A stretch of DNA of 64,000 bases from Zootoca vivipara (Eukaryota). The stretch spans positions 43,214,001 through 43,278,000 of the forward strand of contig NC_083288.1 of the NCBI RefSeq assembly GCF_963506605.1. Direction: 5' to 3'. How positions within the stretch are numbered: the first letter of the stretch is position 1; each line of letters begins with the position of its first letter. This document shows, piece by piece, positions 36,471-50,058 of this stretch. The notes under the pieces were generated by a model. That model searched no databases. It worked only from the letters and a program-made list of their open reading frames with translations, and was not told the DNA's origin. The translations under genes and the position numbers were made by a program.

Positions 36471-37621
36471 GGGTAAAGATGCTATTGCTGAAATATCAGT
36501 TAATTAGTAGTTGGAATGAGATCAGAAGGGAAGTTTGGATATGTGCCCGGATCAAAATGGTGGAGGGTCAAGATCTCCCCTTTGTTTGCTTCAGTTGTGA
36601 TGCATCGAGAATCGACTCTCTGAAAACGAAGGTGAACGCTGCAGCTGAAAATGATGGATTACGAAAGGAAAAAATAAAATAAAGAAGAAGAAACTCACTT
36701 CACACAGAGCATTAAAGGACTAAGCCGCTTGATAAATGAACTAAGAGGCTGTTAAAAATAAACGAAGGATGAATTACCAGAAATATGTTATTGAAACTTT
36801 TCGTATCACCAAGGAATATAGTACAATGTGAGATCATCACTCCTCAAACTTCAGAGCATGGAGAGTCATTGTATTATACTTTGGAAGGCATTTAATGTGG
36901 TTTTTATTGGATTATTAAACTAGAAAACTTAATAAATATTATTTCTAATGAACAAACAAACAAACAAATGTTTTAAGGTTTGTATGTTTGTGAAGGGTTC
37001 AGCTTTCAGGTTCCCTTGATATAGAGATGTTGCTTACTGCCAGAACTTCAGTTGTCAAAATAAGGATAACCTTGCAGTACTTGCAACTTCCTCCGGTATA
37101 AAAATATGTTTAGCACTAGCTGAAAAATTTGCTCATAAATAATGTGTTGCCAATTCCATGAATATCATGAAAAATTCTGTGTGGTTTGGTGGGATTTTAT
37201 CATGTATCAGTACACAACAAATATAGACCTGCAGGATTCCCTTTCCATGGTACAACATGAAATTTGGCCTTCCTAATGGTCTTAAGTTCTTGACTTATCT
37301 AATTTAAATCTCTTTCAGATACATTGCTTTTATGTATTTGTACTTGCACACCTATGATTTTTATTGTATTGCTCTGCTTGATTTACTGCAATTAATTAAT
37401 ATAGAACATGTGATAGTAGAGGTGGAAGAGACCCTGAAGGCCATTCAGTTGAAACCCCCAAAAGCAGGAAATGCAGCAAAAGCACCCATGACAGATGGGC
37501 ATCCAACCTCTGCTTTAAAACCTCCAATGAAACATAGTCTACTATTTTCTGAGGGAGTCCCTTCCACTGTCTACAGCCTTTACTGACAGAAAGTTCTTCC
37601 TGATGTTTAGTTGGAATCTCC

Positions 37622-37796
37622 TTTCTTCCCAACCTACTTAAGCACCAAAGGGAAATACATGGTGGCTGTGGAGATCTTCTCTATCTTGGTCTCCAGTGCT
37701 GGGATCTTGGGTTGTATCTTCTCCCCAAAATATTATATCACTGTCCTCAGGCCTGAACTCACCAGACAAGAGCAGCTAAAAAAGAGAAATAAGTGA
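37622..37796 (+). pseudogene. Orphan V2R TM7/C-tail fused to a CR1 fragment (frame still open)
   Basis: [57 protein letters not shown]. Confidence 0.9.
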
Positions 37797-38102
37797 AAAT
37801 CTATCAGCTGAAAGCCAAATATTCCAAAGTAAACACAGCCGACTGGAACAGGCATTGCCTCTATATATGTAGGAGCATGAAATATTTCCAATGTGTCCCA
37901 TTATAGCCAGAAGGTATGATGTTTAGCTTCAGTCAGAGACTACAGATTTATAACTGCTCATGTGTTCCCCAGCATATTCTACACTTTTGTCTAAATAATG
38001 ATGCATTAGTCTGCATGCACACCATATTTTATTCCAGAATCAATGGAGATGGATTTTTTGCCCCCTGCCTATATAGTCTACACGTAACTGTTATCCCTTG
38101 TA

Positions 38103-38319
38103 CAGTGGTACCTCCAGTTACGAACACGATCCGTTCCGAGACGCAGTTCGTAACCCGAAATGGTCGTAACCCGAAGAGCCATTTTGCGCATGCGCAAACT
38201 GTGCACACCACTTTTGCGCATGCACAGAACACACACACGGCGAAAATACTTCCGGGTTTGCGGAGTTTGTAACCTAAGTTGTTCGTGACCCGAGGTGGTC
38301 ATAACCTGAGGTATGACTG
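38103..38319. mobile_element. Tigger/mariner-like MITE
   Basis: TA|CAGTGGTACCTC..GAGGTATGACTG|TA. Confidence 0.88.
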
Positions 38320-38453
38320 TATAGAATTTCCCCCTTAAAGGTAAAGAATTCCCCCCCTTAAAAAATAAAATAAATTGGTTTCATTTTTATTGGCAGATGT
38401 TTATTCTTTGGAACATGCAGAACTGCCCAAGGAAGCTGAAGTGCATGGCAATA

Positions 38454-38801
38454 CAGGTGAAACTCGAAAAATTAGAATATCGTCGAAAAGTGCATTTATT
38501 TCAGTAATGGAACTTAAAAGGTGAAATCAATATATAGATGCATGACATGCAAAGCAAGATATGTCAAGCCTTTATTTGTTGTAATTATTTGTCGTTAGGT
38601 GGGTCAATTATAAATGGAATGTAATTAATGAAATGTAATAGCAATGTTTATTTTTGTATTATTGCAACTATTTGTTTTATTACTGTGGAATTTCCAAAAG
38701 AAAGCATTTGTAAAAATTAAAAGAAAAAGAACAAATAATATGTTGCATTACTGAAATAAATGCACTTTTCGACGATATTCTAATTTTCCGAGTTTCACCT
38801 G
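38454..38801. mobile_element. Non-autonomous Tc1 element
   Basis: About 53-bp near-perfect TIRs CAGGTGAAACTCG..TTCAGTAAT, TA TSD. Confidence 0.9.
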
Positions 38802-40770
38802 TACATTCTCAACTCTTAAGCAGATAATAATAATAAAACAGCTGGTCTGGTTCTGAAAATAAACATTTACTACCCATTGTTTCTACATTACTCTGCAGTG
38901 TGTCCACTTGAAAATATATGGAAGCAGGAGAATGCAATTCCAGAAGAGAATTGTACTCACCCCTTCCTTCTTTATTCGCCTGGGGCATGTATTAGCAGCT
39001 CAACCTGATCAGGGGTATGGTTCTCAAATCAGTGTTCTTCTCTTGTGGATGATGGGACCCTGAACTAATCTAGGTTGAAAGCAGTCCCACAAATAAGGTG
39101 GGAAAGGAAATATCTCAGATGTCACAGGTAAAGCTGTACAGCTATGATGCCACACTGCCCCCTCTGTGGGGAGGGGATTCCAAGGGCCGCAACACAAAAT
39201 GCTTTTCCCCAGACCAACCTACCCTGAAATGTCTGAGGGCAGTGGAACGACCAAGAAGGTGATTCTTAGGAGATGATAAAATCCAAGAGAGTCTGTAGGG
39301 AAGGAGATGCACTCTCAATTGTTTAGAGTTTTAAAGTCTATCCTGAGCACATTTGCAGAACAGACAGCCCAGAACAGTGAGGTGGGTTGCGCTCCTTCTT
39401 TTTCTCGCCTGAAAATGTCATCAGCCAGGGCAACCAAGTCAGTATATTTGCCTTGGCAAGGCCTGAAACCAAACTGAAATTGATCCAGACATTCAGTCTC
39501 CTCTAAGTGTACCTGGAGTTGGATGGCACCACTATCTCAAGTATCTTGCCCCCAAATGGGTTATTTGTCACTGGGCATGCATGCAGCCTTGCCCCTGTGA
39601 TCGGGGGTGCCTGGGCAGTGTGATGTCAGCAGGCCATGTGCACATGCCATGGGGTGTCCTGACGTCACTTGCACATGCTGTGGGGTGTGTTGACGTGTCA
39701 TGCAGATGCCCCATGGTTTGCACATGTGAAAAGGCATTCTGATGCTGTGTGGCCCGAGCCCCCTCAATTGCAATGGCAAAGTGCATCACAGATTAATTCG
39801 ATCTGAAAAATTAACCCCTCAGCTAGACAAGAAAGAGGCCTTGTCCTGATCCCAGGCATCCTCTGAGGTAAGTCCTGATAGTCCACACAGCAGATAGTCA
39901 GCCCAGAGTGAGGGTGAAGGGGAGAGGCTTCAGGTAGCCACAGACGCTGAGAGAGAAGGAGCGAGGGCTGTGTCTCCTCCTCTGCAATAGAGTCCTGATT
40001 CAGCTCCTTCCCCTCCCCCACTCTCAGTGCAGGAAATAAGGGTTGGGAAAAGGCTAGAATGATTAGGAAAAGCTGTGTCACAGTGGAAAAATGCAAAGAT
40101 GGAGGTATAAATGAGAGAGGACAGAACTTTATCTCCTGCTTATCTGATGGATGTGCTGGCTCCTTGATTACTGAGCAATAAAGATGATTATTGAAAGCAC
40201 TGGGCCTGGATCTGCTTACAGCATCAGACAACAGAGAGAGGGGCTTTTCTGGCAGCCTTCCAATGAGCCATGAAGTGCTTAATGCTTTAATGTGGAACAT
40301 TCCCTTCTCTGGAGCATAATGGAACACAAGCATTTCCATTTTCTCCCATGGCCTGGCTAGTCCACTATTATTTTCATTCAGATCTTTCCTGCTCTGTCCA
40401 ATCTGCAAAGCAACAGATAATATCTTCTCAAGGGGGCAAAACATATTTTGTTTAATGTTTCTGCTGCACATGGTGCCAGACCTTGCAACCCACCCACCCC
40501 CGCGACTGTGTACCATGTTATTATCTTAACACACAGTAGTTCATTATTTCTCTAGCAATATCTGTAAGTTATTTTGAAGCCCATATGCCACAGAGAAACA
40601 TCAGATTGCTTCTAAAAAAAACACCCCATTGCCAATGACAGCTATTCTACCATTTATAAACAGAGACTAGAGCTGATGAGGGCAAATAGTATGCTGGCAT
40701 TGGGTGAGGATAAGCATTTTAGACTCAAACAGGTGCTTTATGGTTAAGAGGAGAACCTCCACATCTCAAG

Positions 40771-40988
40771 ATGTTATGTTTACCCTTCTGGACCCTACTC
40801 ATAGTGTTCCCTCTATTTTTGACACGTTCTGCTTTGCATTGTGTGATTGACCTCTTCAACGCCCAACACCAGTATTATCAGCCGGGACACTTTATTATTG
40901 GTGGCATCACTTCACAATTCCTTGCACCTATCTTCACTTCAATAGACTTTGAGGAAAAGCCAAAGGAAACACCTGCTGATGAATATGT
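40771..40988 (+). CDS. V2R G4 exon 1
   Basis: MLCLPFWTLLIVFPL..YYQPGHFIIGG; donor GT|GTAAG. Confidence 0.92.
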
Positions 40989-42052
40989 GTAAGGACATAA
41001 TTTTTATTCTTTTGGGGGGGAAGCTTGTGGTTATGTATGTAAATAATAAACATTGGAACAGGGGGTACGCTAATAAGTAATTGTAATTCTTATATTTAAA
41101 TCCTTGTCATATTCACACTGTCCCTTGTATTTTTGATATGTTTTATGATTTGTGATATTATGCGTGTTGATGCTGGTCTGCGACTGTATTAATAAATTCA
41201 TTCATTCATTCATTCATAAACATTAGATAATAAATGTGATAGTATGATCAGAAAGCAGTCTCCTCAGTGTTGGCAGGTGTCTAGTAGGATTTGTAGTAGA
41301 GAAGACAGGCAGTAGATTGATCTAGAGTCAATGACATGGGGCCATTGTCTGGACTGTCCATAAATAGGAATAGGGGAGAACATTAGCTCAATTTCCATTG
41401 AAAGGAAAACCTAATAGATTTCCTGAAAAGTTTTGAAACCTAAAACGCTGACATCCTTTGAAATTCACATTTGATCTGCAGCCATATTTTACCCTTCTTC
41501 CTACTCTGCCCTTCAGCAGTTGTGTCATACATTTCAGTCTGTTCTCCACAGGGAGGTGATAAGAACTAGCAAATGTAAGAAAGTCCCTGCTGGCTCCAAC
41601 AAAATGCCTATATAGCCCTACACTGTGATCTCACAGTGGCCTACCAGATGGCCATGAGAAACCCACAAGCAAGTCCTGAACGTTACAGGAGTCTTCTCAG
41701 CTCCTATTCCCAGAAATTGGGATTCAAAGGCATAGTGCCTCCAATGGTGGGGAGAGAACATAGCCACTACGATCAGTAGCTATCTCCCTTGATACAAATG
41801 TCAAATCTTCATTTAAAGTTGTATAAGTTGGTAGACATCGCCAACACTTGTGGGAACAACTTTCATAGTTTACCTAAGTGTTTACTTTCTTTTGTCTACC
41901 CTGGATCTTACAAAATTCAGTTTTATTGCATATCCTCAATTTTTAATCTTGTGGGTTAATGTGTTTGTGTGTTTATTCACTTTCTAAACATGAGCTCTGT
42001 GCAGCAGAAGGAGGGGAAACCCACCAAATGCATAATCCCTCTATTGTTTCAG

Positions 42053-42344
42053 TGCAGTGCCAAAGAACTACCAGCATGTCCTTTCCTTAGTCTTTGCTGT
42101 GAATGAGGTGAACAAGAACCCCAACATTTTATCCAACATCACTTTGGGGTTCCAGATCTATGACAGCTACTGTGATGCCAAGATGACTTATCAGAATACT
42201 TTGAACCTCATCTCTCATCATAGGAAAACCATCCCCAACTACAAATGTGGTGTTGAGAAGAACCTGATAGCTGCCATTGGGGGCCTTGACTCTGAAACTT
42301 CAAGCCACATGGCCTCTATCTTGGAACTTTATAAGATTCTACAG
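42053..42344 (+). CDS. V2R G4 exon 2
   Basis: 292 nt, AVPKNYQH..YKILQ|GT. Confidence 0.95.
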
Positions 42345-42665
42345 GTAGGAAGAGTGTGGCTGGAATGAAGATTCCACAACTATGGCATATGATTTAGCCT
42401 TAGTGTATATTCCCAGGGCATTGAGAGGGGGAGAAGAAAAGGAGACTGCTTTTTGGAAGGCTAAAACAAATAAGTCTTGCGTATTTTTATTTTTTTTAAA
42501 TAACATAGTTATCTGTAGAAAATAGTCATGAATTGTCAGCTGATTATGCCAAACTTTGCTTCTGCCTCACTATCATACGTCTGGTTGGCCTCAATAATTT
42601 TCAGCCATGTAAGTGGTCCTTGTGAGTAGAAAATATGGGAAGGTTTGAGAACCAATGCTTTAGAA

Positions 42666-42801
42666 CAGGCATCCCCAAACTTCGGCCCTCCAGATGTTTT
42701 GGACTACAGTTCCCATCTTCCCCGACCACTTGTCCTGTAAGCTAGGGATCATGGGAGTTGTAGGCCAAAACATCTGGAGGGCCGAATTTTGGGGATGCCT
42801 G
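42666..42801. mobile_element. Palindromic 136-bp hAT MITE
   Basis: TIRs, 8-bp TSD CTTTAGAA. Confidence 0.92.
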
Positions 42802-43116
42802 CTTTAGAATATTCTCCAAATTTTGCTCTGAAGTATCACATGGAAACCAGCTCTATTTCCTCCCAGCATCATTTTGGTGTGCTGTAATCAGAAGGAAAGG
42901 TGTAGGCGTGAAGAGTTTGGTTGGTGTGATGAAACCAAACCAGCACTCACCATAATGCATTTGCACTGTTTCAGCCTAATGGAATGGAGTTAATGGAATC
43001 GTTGTGGTCCCAATCTCTCCCTCTGCTGAAGCATGATGTACTGAAAAGTGTGTTTGATTATTTAAAGACATAAATATCCTACCTGGTTATTTAAAAATCC
43101 CTCTGTTCTTCGCTAG

Positions 43117-43956
43117 ATCACCTATTCTTCATTTACTCCAGCGGTGAGTGAAAAAGACCATATTTCTTCCTTGTACCAAATGGCTCCCAGTGAAGCACAT
43201 CAATACACGGGCATTGTTCAGCTTCTTCTCTATTTCCATTGGAAGTGGGTTGGCATACTTGTCACAGCTGACGATAAAGGAGAAACCTTTGTGAAAATGT
43301 TGACACGCCAGCTTTCCCATAATAGCATCTGTATAGCTGTCACTGAGAGAGTGGTAAACTACGGCGGTTCTGGTGGTTTGGGGATGATAGAGAAATGTCA
43401 GAATATGGCTGAGTCCCTAAGCAAAACGAACGTCAATGTATTTGTTGTCAATGCAGACAAAAACACCAAGACAGGTTTGCAATGGCTGCTACTAGTAGGC
43501 ATAATGATGAGTGTGAGTCCCATAAACAAAGTGTGGGTTATGACCGCTGACTGGGATTTCTCATCGGAACCATATCACAAAGATCTGGATATACAAAACT
43601 TCCATGGTGCCTTATCCTTTGCCATTCATTCCAGTGAGGTTAAGGGGTTCCACAGTTTCCTCCTGAACCTAAATCCCCACTCTGAGTCCGATGGATTTAT
43701 CAGGTTGTTCTGGGAACAGGCATTCAGTTGCGAGTTTCTAGATATGGAGACGGAGGAGGAATCCTGCACTGGTGAGGAGAAGCTGGAGAGCCTTCCTGGG
43801 GCTTTTTTTGAAATGCAGATGACCAGCCAAAGTTACAGCATCTACAATGCCGTCTATGCTGTGGCACATGTTTTGCATGCAATGTTGGCATCCAGAACCA
43901 AACATAGAGATATGGTGCTTGGTGACTTTCTAAGACCTCAAAAGTCACATTTCCAG
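43117..43956 (+). CDS. V2R G4 exon 3
   Basis: 840 nt open frame, AG/GT bounded. Confidence 0.95.
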
Positions 43957-44374
43957 GTAAATATTAACATGGAAGCAGGTCATGTTTTTAATGAATATCT
44001 AAGCATAAGACTAAAGCATGGAGAGAACACATAGATGCTTCCACTTCCACAGAAAATGTTGCTTTTTCATTTGGTCCTTTTTATCTGATAACCCTGGAAC
44101 GTTTTATGTATTTATTACCCTAGGGGCACAGAAGTGGCCCTAGTTAATGTGAGAATCAAACACATGGTTCCTTGAGTTTAAGCTGCATAACTCTGTTGCT
44201 AATAAAAACTTGTTTCTTCAGATACAATGGATTCTTGTTATATCATTCTGATGCTATCAATAGATGGTTCAAATTTCAATTAGATCTGATATAAAATACC
44301 ACAATTAAGTTTAAAAGTGCTAAAAAAAAACCCACTTGAAACCTTGTTTTTTTTCTACCCAAACATGCCATATA

Positions 44375-44548
44375 CAGTCATACGCTTCAGGTTGAGTACT
44401 TTCCATTTAAGTACTCCGTGGACCTGTCTGGAAGGGATTAATCCACTTTCCATTACTTTCAGTGGGAAAGTTCGCTTCAGGTTAAGTATGCTTCAGGTTA
44501 AGTAGGGACTTCCAGAACCAATTAAGTACTTAACCCAAGGTACCACTG
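44375..44548. mobile_element. Tigger/mariner-like MITE
   Basis: TA|CAGTCATAC..GTACCACTG|TA; absent from G2. Confidence 0.82.
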
Positions 44549-45185
44549 TATTTATATCCAATTGTGATAAAAACTACTGAAGTACTTACTTCTGGTTTGT
44601 CAAGCAACACACACTTTCATTGGTTTGGTGAAATTGGATAAGCAGTACAAGAGGGTTTTTTTTTGTATTGAAGTCTACGGAAGCATGCTGGCAAATTTAA
44701 GTCAAATGTCTTGCTAATACTGCAATGCTTGAATGGTTTTAGCTGGTGCTGAAAAGAGTTGAATTTAAAGTTTAAGCCTCCTGTCCAACCTGTGTGGAGA
44801 CACATGAGGCCAAACACTTTTGCTGTTTACTGGAAGCTAGGAATTAGGAATTAGGAAATTTCATAATTTATCCCTGTTTATTTGGGTTCTGCTGATCCTC
44901 AGTTTCTCACTGTTGCTAACAATAAACCACAGAAAATTGGAAAACTAATAAGGTTTACTTACATTCAATGAAGGCAGCTACTACTTCTAGGTAAAAAATG
45001 CTTCTTAGCTGCAAAATACAAAATAAGTTTCTAAAATGGAAACGGGGCAGGTATGTCTCCCCTTAAAACTCAAGGGGAGTTTCAACAAATAGTATGAATT
45101 GATCCCAGCATGAAGAAAAAAAACAGAACCTTTGTGGTGCGTTCTCTATTTTACCAAATCTACAATTCTCTTTCTTCCTCTGTAG

Positions 45186-45413
45186 CTTCAACCTTTCCTG
45201 AGAAATATCTTGTTTAACAACAGTGCGGGGGACACTGTCTTTTTTAATGAGAAACGTGAGCTAGAAGGTGGATTTGATATTATCAACTGGGTGACTTTCC
45301 CAAATAAGTCTTTTTTAAGAGTGAAAGTTGGGGAAATGGATCCTCAAGCTCCACTGGGCAGTGATTTCTCCATTGATGAAAAGATCCTTACATGGCACCA
45401 GAGTTTTAACCAG
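45186..45413 (+). CDS. V2R G4 exon 4
   Basis: 228 nt, AG/GT bounded. Confidence 0.95.
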
Positions 45414-46074
45414 GTGAGACAGAATTGCAGCTTCTGAGGTCTATAGGTAGACAATCACCAGATTTGTTTTATAACCATGAAGGAGTTCCTTTTAGCTTCA
45501 TTGATTCTTTATATGGTATGGGGTGGGTTGCTTACATGTCACTGTAGCGGTCTTGGTTTCCAGGGTTTAAAACCCTGCAGCTCTGCCCTGAATCACTGGT
45601 TGAAGCGCCTACACTATCTAGTGGAACCAAGATCTGTTGACAAGTGGAAGGTAGTTAGTGTGGTGTGCCTAGCAACAAAGGGTTAGAGCCTTTGTAGTCA
45701 TTCAGTGGAAGAACATTTTAGGTGTCAGGGAATTGTAAATTTATATCATTTTTGGCGTGTTCTTTTGCTCCCATACACCTCTGCCTACCCACTGTATTTC
45801 TGATGTAGCGATGTTTGAAATGTTATTTTCCTAATGTGGAATTAAAATCGCGTAATGAAATAAATGTTTTATAATGAGAACATCCACATGCAACAAGCAC
45901 AGAAAGCATGCAATGCAAAATTGTGCTTCGTAGGAATCTTTCGTTTCATTTCTGTGATTCATTTCTTTAAAGGTACCAAGTTGCCACTTGCATCTTTAAA
46001 AACATATTATGAAAGGGAAATGCACATCAGTAGATCATTTGTCTTGGACATTTTCTTTTCCTGAACTATCTGCT

Positions 46075-46220
46075 GGCTGAGTGGCTCAGTTGGTTAGAGC
46101 ATGGTGATGATAATGCCAAGGTCACAGGTTTGATCCCTTTATAGGACAGCTGTATATTCCTGCATTGCGGGGGGTTGGAGTACTTGATCCTCAAAGTCCC
46201 CCCCAACTCTATGATTCTAT
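46075..46220 (+). mobile_element. tRNA-Ile-derived SINE with CR1-type tail
   Basis: GGCTCAGTTGGTTAGAGCATGG..GCCAAGGTCACAGGTTTGATCCC; same intronic position as in G2. Confidence 0.78.
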
Positions 46221-46417
46221 TATCTTCATTGGGTTGAATATGCACAAATATTGGTGATTGTCACAACCATTGTATAGTTAGGGGTACTAATTAATTTATT
46301 TTTTAAAAAAACCCTCTGGGTGCCTTATTTCAATGCAGCACCCTGTTGATGAAAAGGCAAAGAACAATATATATATATATAATAGAATACATGCAATACC
46401 TTCTGTTTTATGGGCAG

Positions 46418-46544
46418 GTGGTGCCCCTTGCCTTGTGTAATGATCACTGCCATCCAGGTTACAGCAGACAAAGGAAAGAGGGGGAACCATTTTGCTGCTA
46501 TAATTGTACTCCATGTCCAGAAGGGAAGATTTCAAACCAGACAG
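46418..46544 (+). CDS. V2R G4 exon 5
   Basis: 127 nt, CCYNCTPC. Confidence 0.95.
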
Positions 46545-46683
46545 GTAGGGGACTGTATGCTATAGTATATCAAATATATCGAGAACATGTTTGTTTTTTA
46601 GCTGTTTGTGATAGAATAGATGCCTTACACAAGACTTGAAGATAAATCTTTACTTGTCAGGTTGTCTATATATATATATATAT

Positions 46684-46979
46684 GGGACCCAGGTGGCGCT
46701 GTGGGTTAAACCACAGTCTAGGACTTGCTGATCAGAAGGTCGGCGGTTCGAATCCCTGCAAAGGGGTGAGCTCCCGTTGTTCGGTCCCGCTCCGGCGGGA
46801 AGGTAAATGGCATTTCCGTGCGCTGCTCTGGTTCGCCAGAAGCAGCTTTGTCATGCTGGCCACATGACCTGGAAGCTGTCTGCGGACAAATGCTGGCTCC
46901 CTCGGCCTATAGAGCGAGATGAGCGCCGCAACCCCAGAGTCGGACATGACTGGACCTGATGGTCAGGGGCCCCTTTACC
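46684..46979 (+). mobile_element. Sauria SINE (internally deleted variant) in a (TA)n run
   Basis: Same head and tail as 6172-6525. Confidence 0.88.
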
Positions 46980-47077
46980 ATTATATATGAATGAATGCAA
47001 TGTGTTTCTGTCCCTTGAGCCCAAGAGCGGGTTTAGTCAATTTTGTTTTCAAAGCTGCTTCATAGCAGAGCATAAGC

Positions 47078-47213
47078 CAGGCATCCCCAAACTATATCCC
47101 TCCAGATGCTTTGGCCTACAACTCCCATGATCCCTAGCTAACAGGACCAGTGGTCGGGGAAGATGGGAATTGTAGTCCAAAACATCTGGAGGGCCGAAGT
47201 TTGGGGATGCCTG
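47078..47213. mobile_element. Palindromic 136-bp hAT MITE
   Basis: TIRs, 8-bp TSD GCATAAGC. Confidence 0.92.
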
Positions 47214-47908
47214 GCATAAGCTAATAATCCATAGCTTGCTTGTCGTCTGAAACTCCTCCAGATAGTGTCTGCTTGAAGTCAACACGGAAAGGATAATGTT
47301 CTTTTGTTGTTGTGCAGGAAGAAGCTGACAAACACCCTCATTAACAAGAACAACAACAACCTCTCATTTGGTTTGGTGTATGTTAATTGGCTCTGTTATC
47401 ATTGGCACCAAATAGTGGCATTACAACTACCTAATTCCATATATTTCGGGATGTCTTCCATATAAATAGTGTGTTAGTGATAGAAGTGTTTTATCATAAA
47501 CAACCAACCAATATCATAAACAACCAACCAACATATTTTCTGCTTACCTCCACACCTGTAAACATCATGGCTTGCATGGACTACAACTTACTTAATCACC
47601 AAAACTCTCGAATTGTCAATTTAAGAGGTTTTTTTGACCATATTCCTAGGTGTGTTAACTAGGTTATATTAGTACCGTTAGTCTTCCGTTGATATTAAGC
47701 TTCCTTTCTGGGATAGGAAATGCTGTGAATATTGGTAAATGAAATTTCCTATTTTACAACCATTTCTACTGGCAAGCTGTGAAACATTAAAGTTTAATTA
47801 ATATTTCTCCATCCAGATAGCTTGAAAGTTCTTAGTGCTAGCATAGGGACTTTATCCCTCTAAAATTTGAATTGTATAAATCTATAAACACAAACTCTTT
47901 GAGAATTA

Positions 47909-48579
47909 ATATTTAGGAAAGCTTCCCTATGGTGGTTATATCAACGGTTGGAGCTTGTTAAAATTCTTTGTGGGTGGTTTTAAGAAGATTTACGACTTGT
48001 GACACACTTTTAATTGAGCTCGCTAAAAATGGAGGCCGGGGAGTGGAAAGCAGTCAAAGGGCGGGGGAGCCATGGGTTTGTTATAAGATGTTAGTTAATA
48101 TCTGGATTTGGCTGACCCTGCCTGGAAAGACTGCAAATCTGCGACTGGAGGAATTAATGAGCAGAAGCCTGGACATAACTTATTGGATCTTTAAGAGGGC
48201 ATCTGTCCGTTACAAACGGCACAGCTTGGAATATATTCCAGTCTGGAAGGAGAATGCAAGGATTTATGGGAAAGCTGGACAGAAAACATAGGCTTTGTGG
48301 TAAATCTCGCCTGAAAACATTTCAGAGGCTGTTGGAAAAGATCTGGACTATGTTGGATTAAAATGATTGGAAAGAACTTGGAACTTTGATTAGAAGGGCA
48401 GCAATTATCGATATTCAGAACCCTCAGAATTTGAAGCATGGGGAAGAATTTTTTTTATAATTTGGCATAATATTTGGTTTAATAGATATATATTTGTATA
48501 ATTTGGAATAATTGGTTTGATATGATTGATTTGTAAGTGAAAATCTAATAAAAATTGATTATTATTATTTTTTAAAAAA
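47909..48579 (+). mobile_element. Probable L1-like 3' fragment
   Basis: Insert absent from G2 and G3 intron 5; ends AATAAAAA plus A/T tail; GAGA(A/G)TTA flanks. Confidence 0.5.
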
Positions 48580-48840
48580 GAGAGTTATTATTTAGATTTA
48601 ATTCTGATTTAATTATCCACTGGGAAGCATTCTCCAAAAATAGCTTACCTTAAAGACAAAACATGTTAACACTCTAACAATTTCCTGAAAAAGGTAATGT
48701 TTTGTATTGTGTATACTGTAAATCACAGTGAATTCTAGAACAGTACAATTCAAAGTTTCCTGATCCTAGACCATAAATATTTGTATCTCAGTGGGAGTCA
48801 AAATGCTATAACTGTAATCCTGATTTCTTTATACTTCAAG

Positions 48841-49742
48841 ATATGGATGATTGCTTCCAGTGCCAAGATGATCGGTATCCTAATCAAGAGAGAAACCAAT
48901 GCATTACCAAAAAAGAAAACTTCCTATCTTATGAAGCACCTTTAGGCATCATTTTGGCTCTTCTAGCTCTGGCTTTTTCTGCAACTACAGCTTTGGTGTT
49001 TGGAATCTTCATCAAACATCGAAAGACTCCCATTGTCAAAGCCAACAACCGGAATCTCACTTACACGCTGCTCATCTCCCTCCTGCTCTGCTTCCTCTGC
49101 TCCTTGCTATTCATTGGGAAGCCTCTGACACTAACTTGTCAGTTACGACAAACTGCTTTTGGTATCATCTTCTCAGTGGCTGTTTCTTCTGTTTTGGCTA
49201 AAACCCTCACTGTGGTTCTGGCTTTCATGGCCACCAAACCAGGATCCAAGATGAGGAAATGGGTGGGGAAAAGATTTTCAACTTCTATTGTTCTTGGTTG
49301 TGCTTCTGTCCAGGCAAGTATTTGTATAGTATGGCTCTGTACTGATCCTCCTTTTCCAGATGTGGACATGCACTCTCTGCCAAAAGAAATCATAGTGGAA
49401 TGCAATGAAGGTTCAGCCAACATGTTCTACTATCTTCTTGGTTACATGGGTTTACTGGCTCTTGTCAGCTTCGTTGTGGCTTTCTTTGCTCGGAAGCTGC
49501 CAGACACTTTTAATGAAGCCAAATTTATCACTTTCAGCATGTTGGTGTTTTGCAGTGTGTGGCTTTCTTTTGTTCCAACCTACTTAAGCACCAAAGGGAA
49601 GTACATGGTGGCTGTGGAGATCTTCTCCATCTTGGCCTCCAGTGCTGGGATCTTGGGTTGTATCTTCTCCCCCAAATGCTATATTATTGTCTTCAAGCCT
49701 GAACTCAACTCGAAAGAGCAGCTAAAAAAGAGAAATAAGTAA
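48841..49742 (+). CDS. V2R G4 exon 6 (7TM)
   Basis: AAG|ATATG, open to TAA. Confidence 0.97.
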
Positions 49743-50058
49743 CAATCTAATTGTTGAAATCATATAGTGGATACCTTTTAAAACATTTTAAGGTTTGTTT
49801 GTTTGTGAAGAGTTCAGCTTTCCGGTACTCTTGATATAGATGCTGCTGACTGCAGTACACAACAAATATAGACCTACAGGATTCCCTTTCCATGGTACAA
49901 CGTGAAATCTGGCCTTCTGAATGCTCCTTAGTCCTTGACTTATCTAATTTAAATCTCTTTCAGATATATTTCTTATATGTATTTCTACTTGCACACCTAT
50001 TTTTTTTATTGTATTGCTCTGCTTGATTTACTACAATTCTTTAATATACAACATGTGA

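Noticed and set aside
39764-40516. 250-aa minus-strand ORF upstream of G4
   Set aside because: No recognisable domain, and the paralogous region near 26-27 kb is broken into several frames
42051-42057. Second AG 5 nt inside exon 2 (G2, G4) and an AAG 5 nt before G5 exon 5
   Set aside because: Use would frameshift and nothing in the sequence supports it
46075-46150. tRNA-Ile-like sequence (also 20236)
   Set aside because: Degenerate stems and a CR1-type tail show it is a SINE, not a tRNA gene
11859-49742. G2-G4 as an assembly or haplotype artefact
   Set aside because: Copies differ by many private TE insertions, deletions and substitutions, consistent with true paralogs
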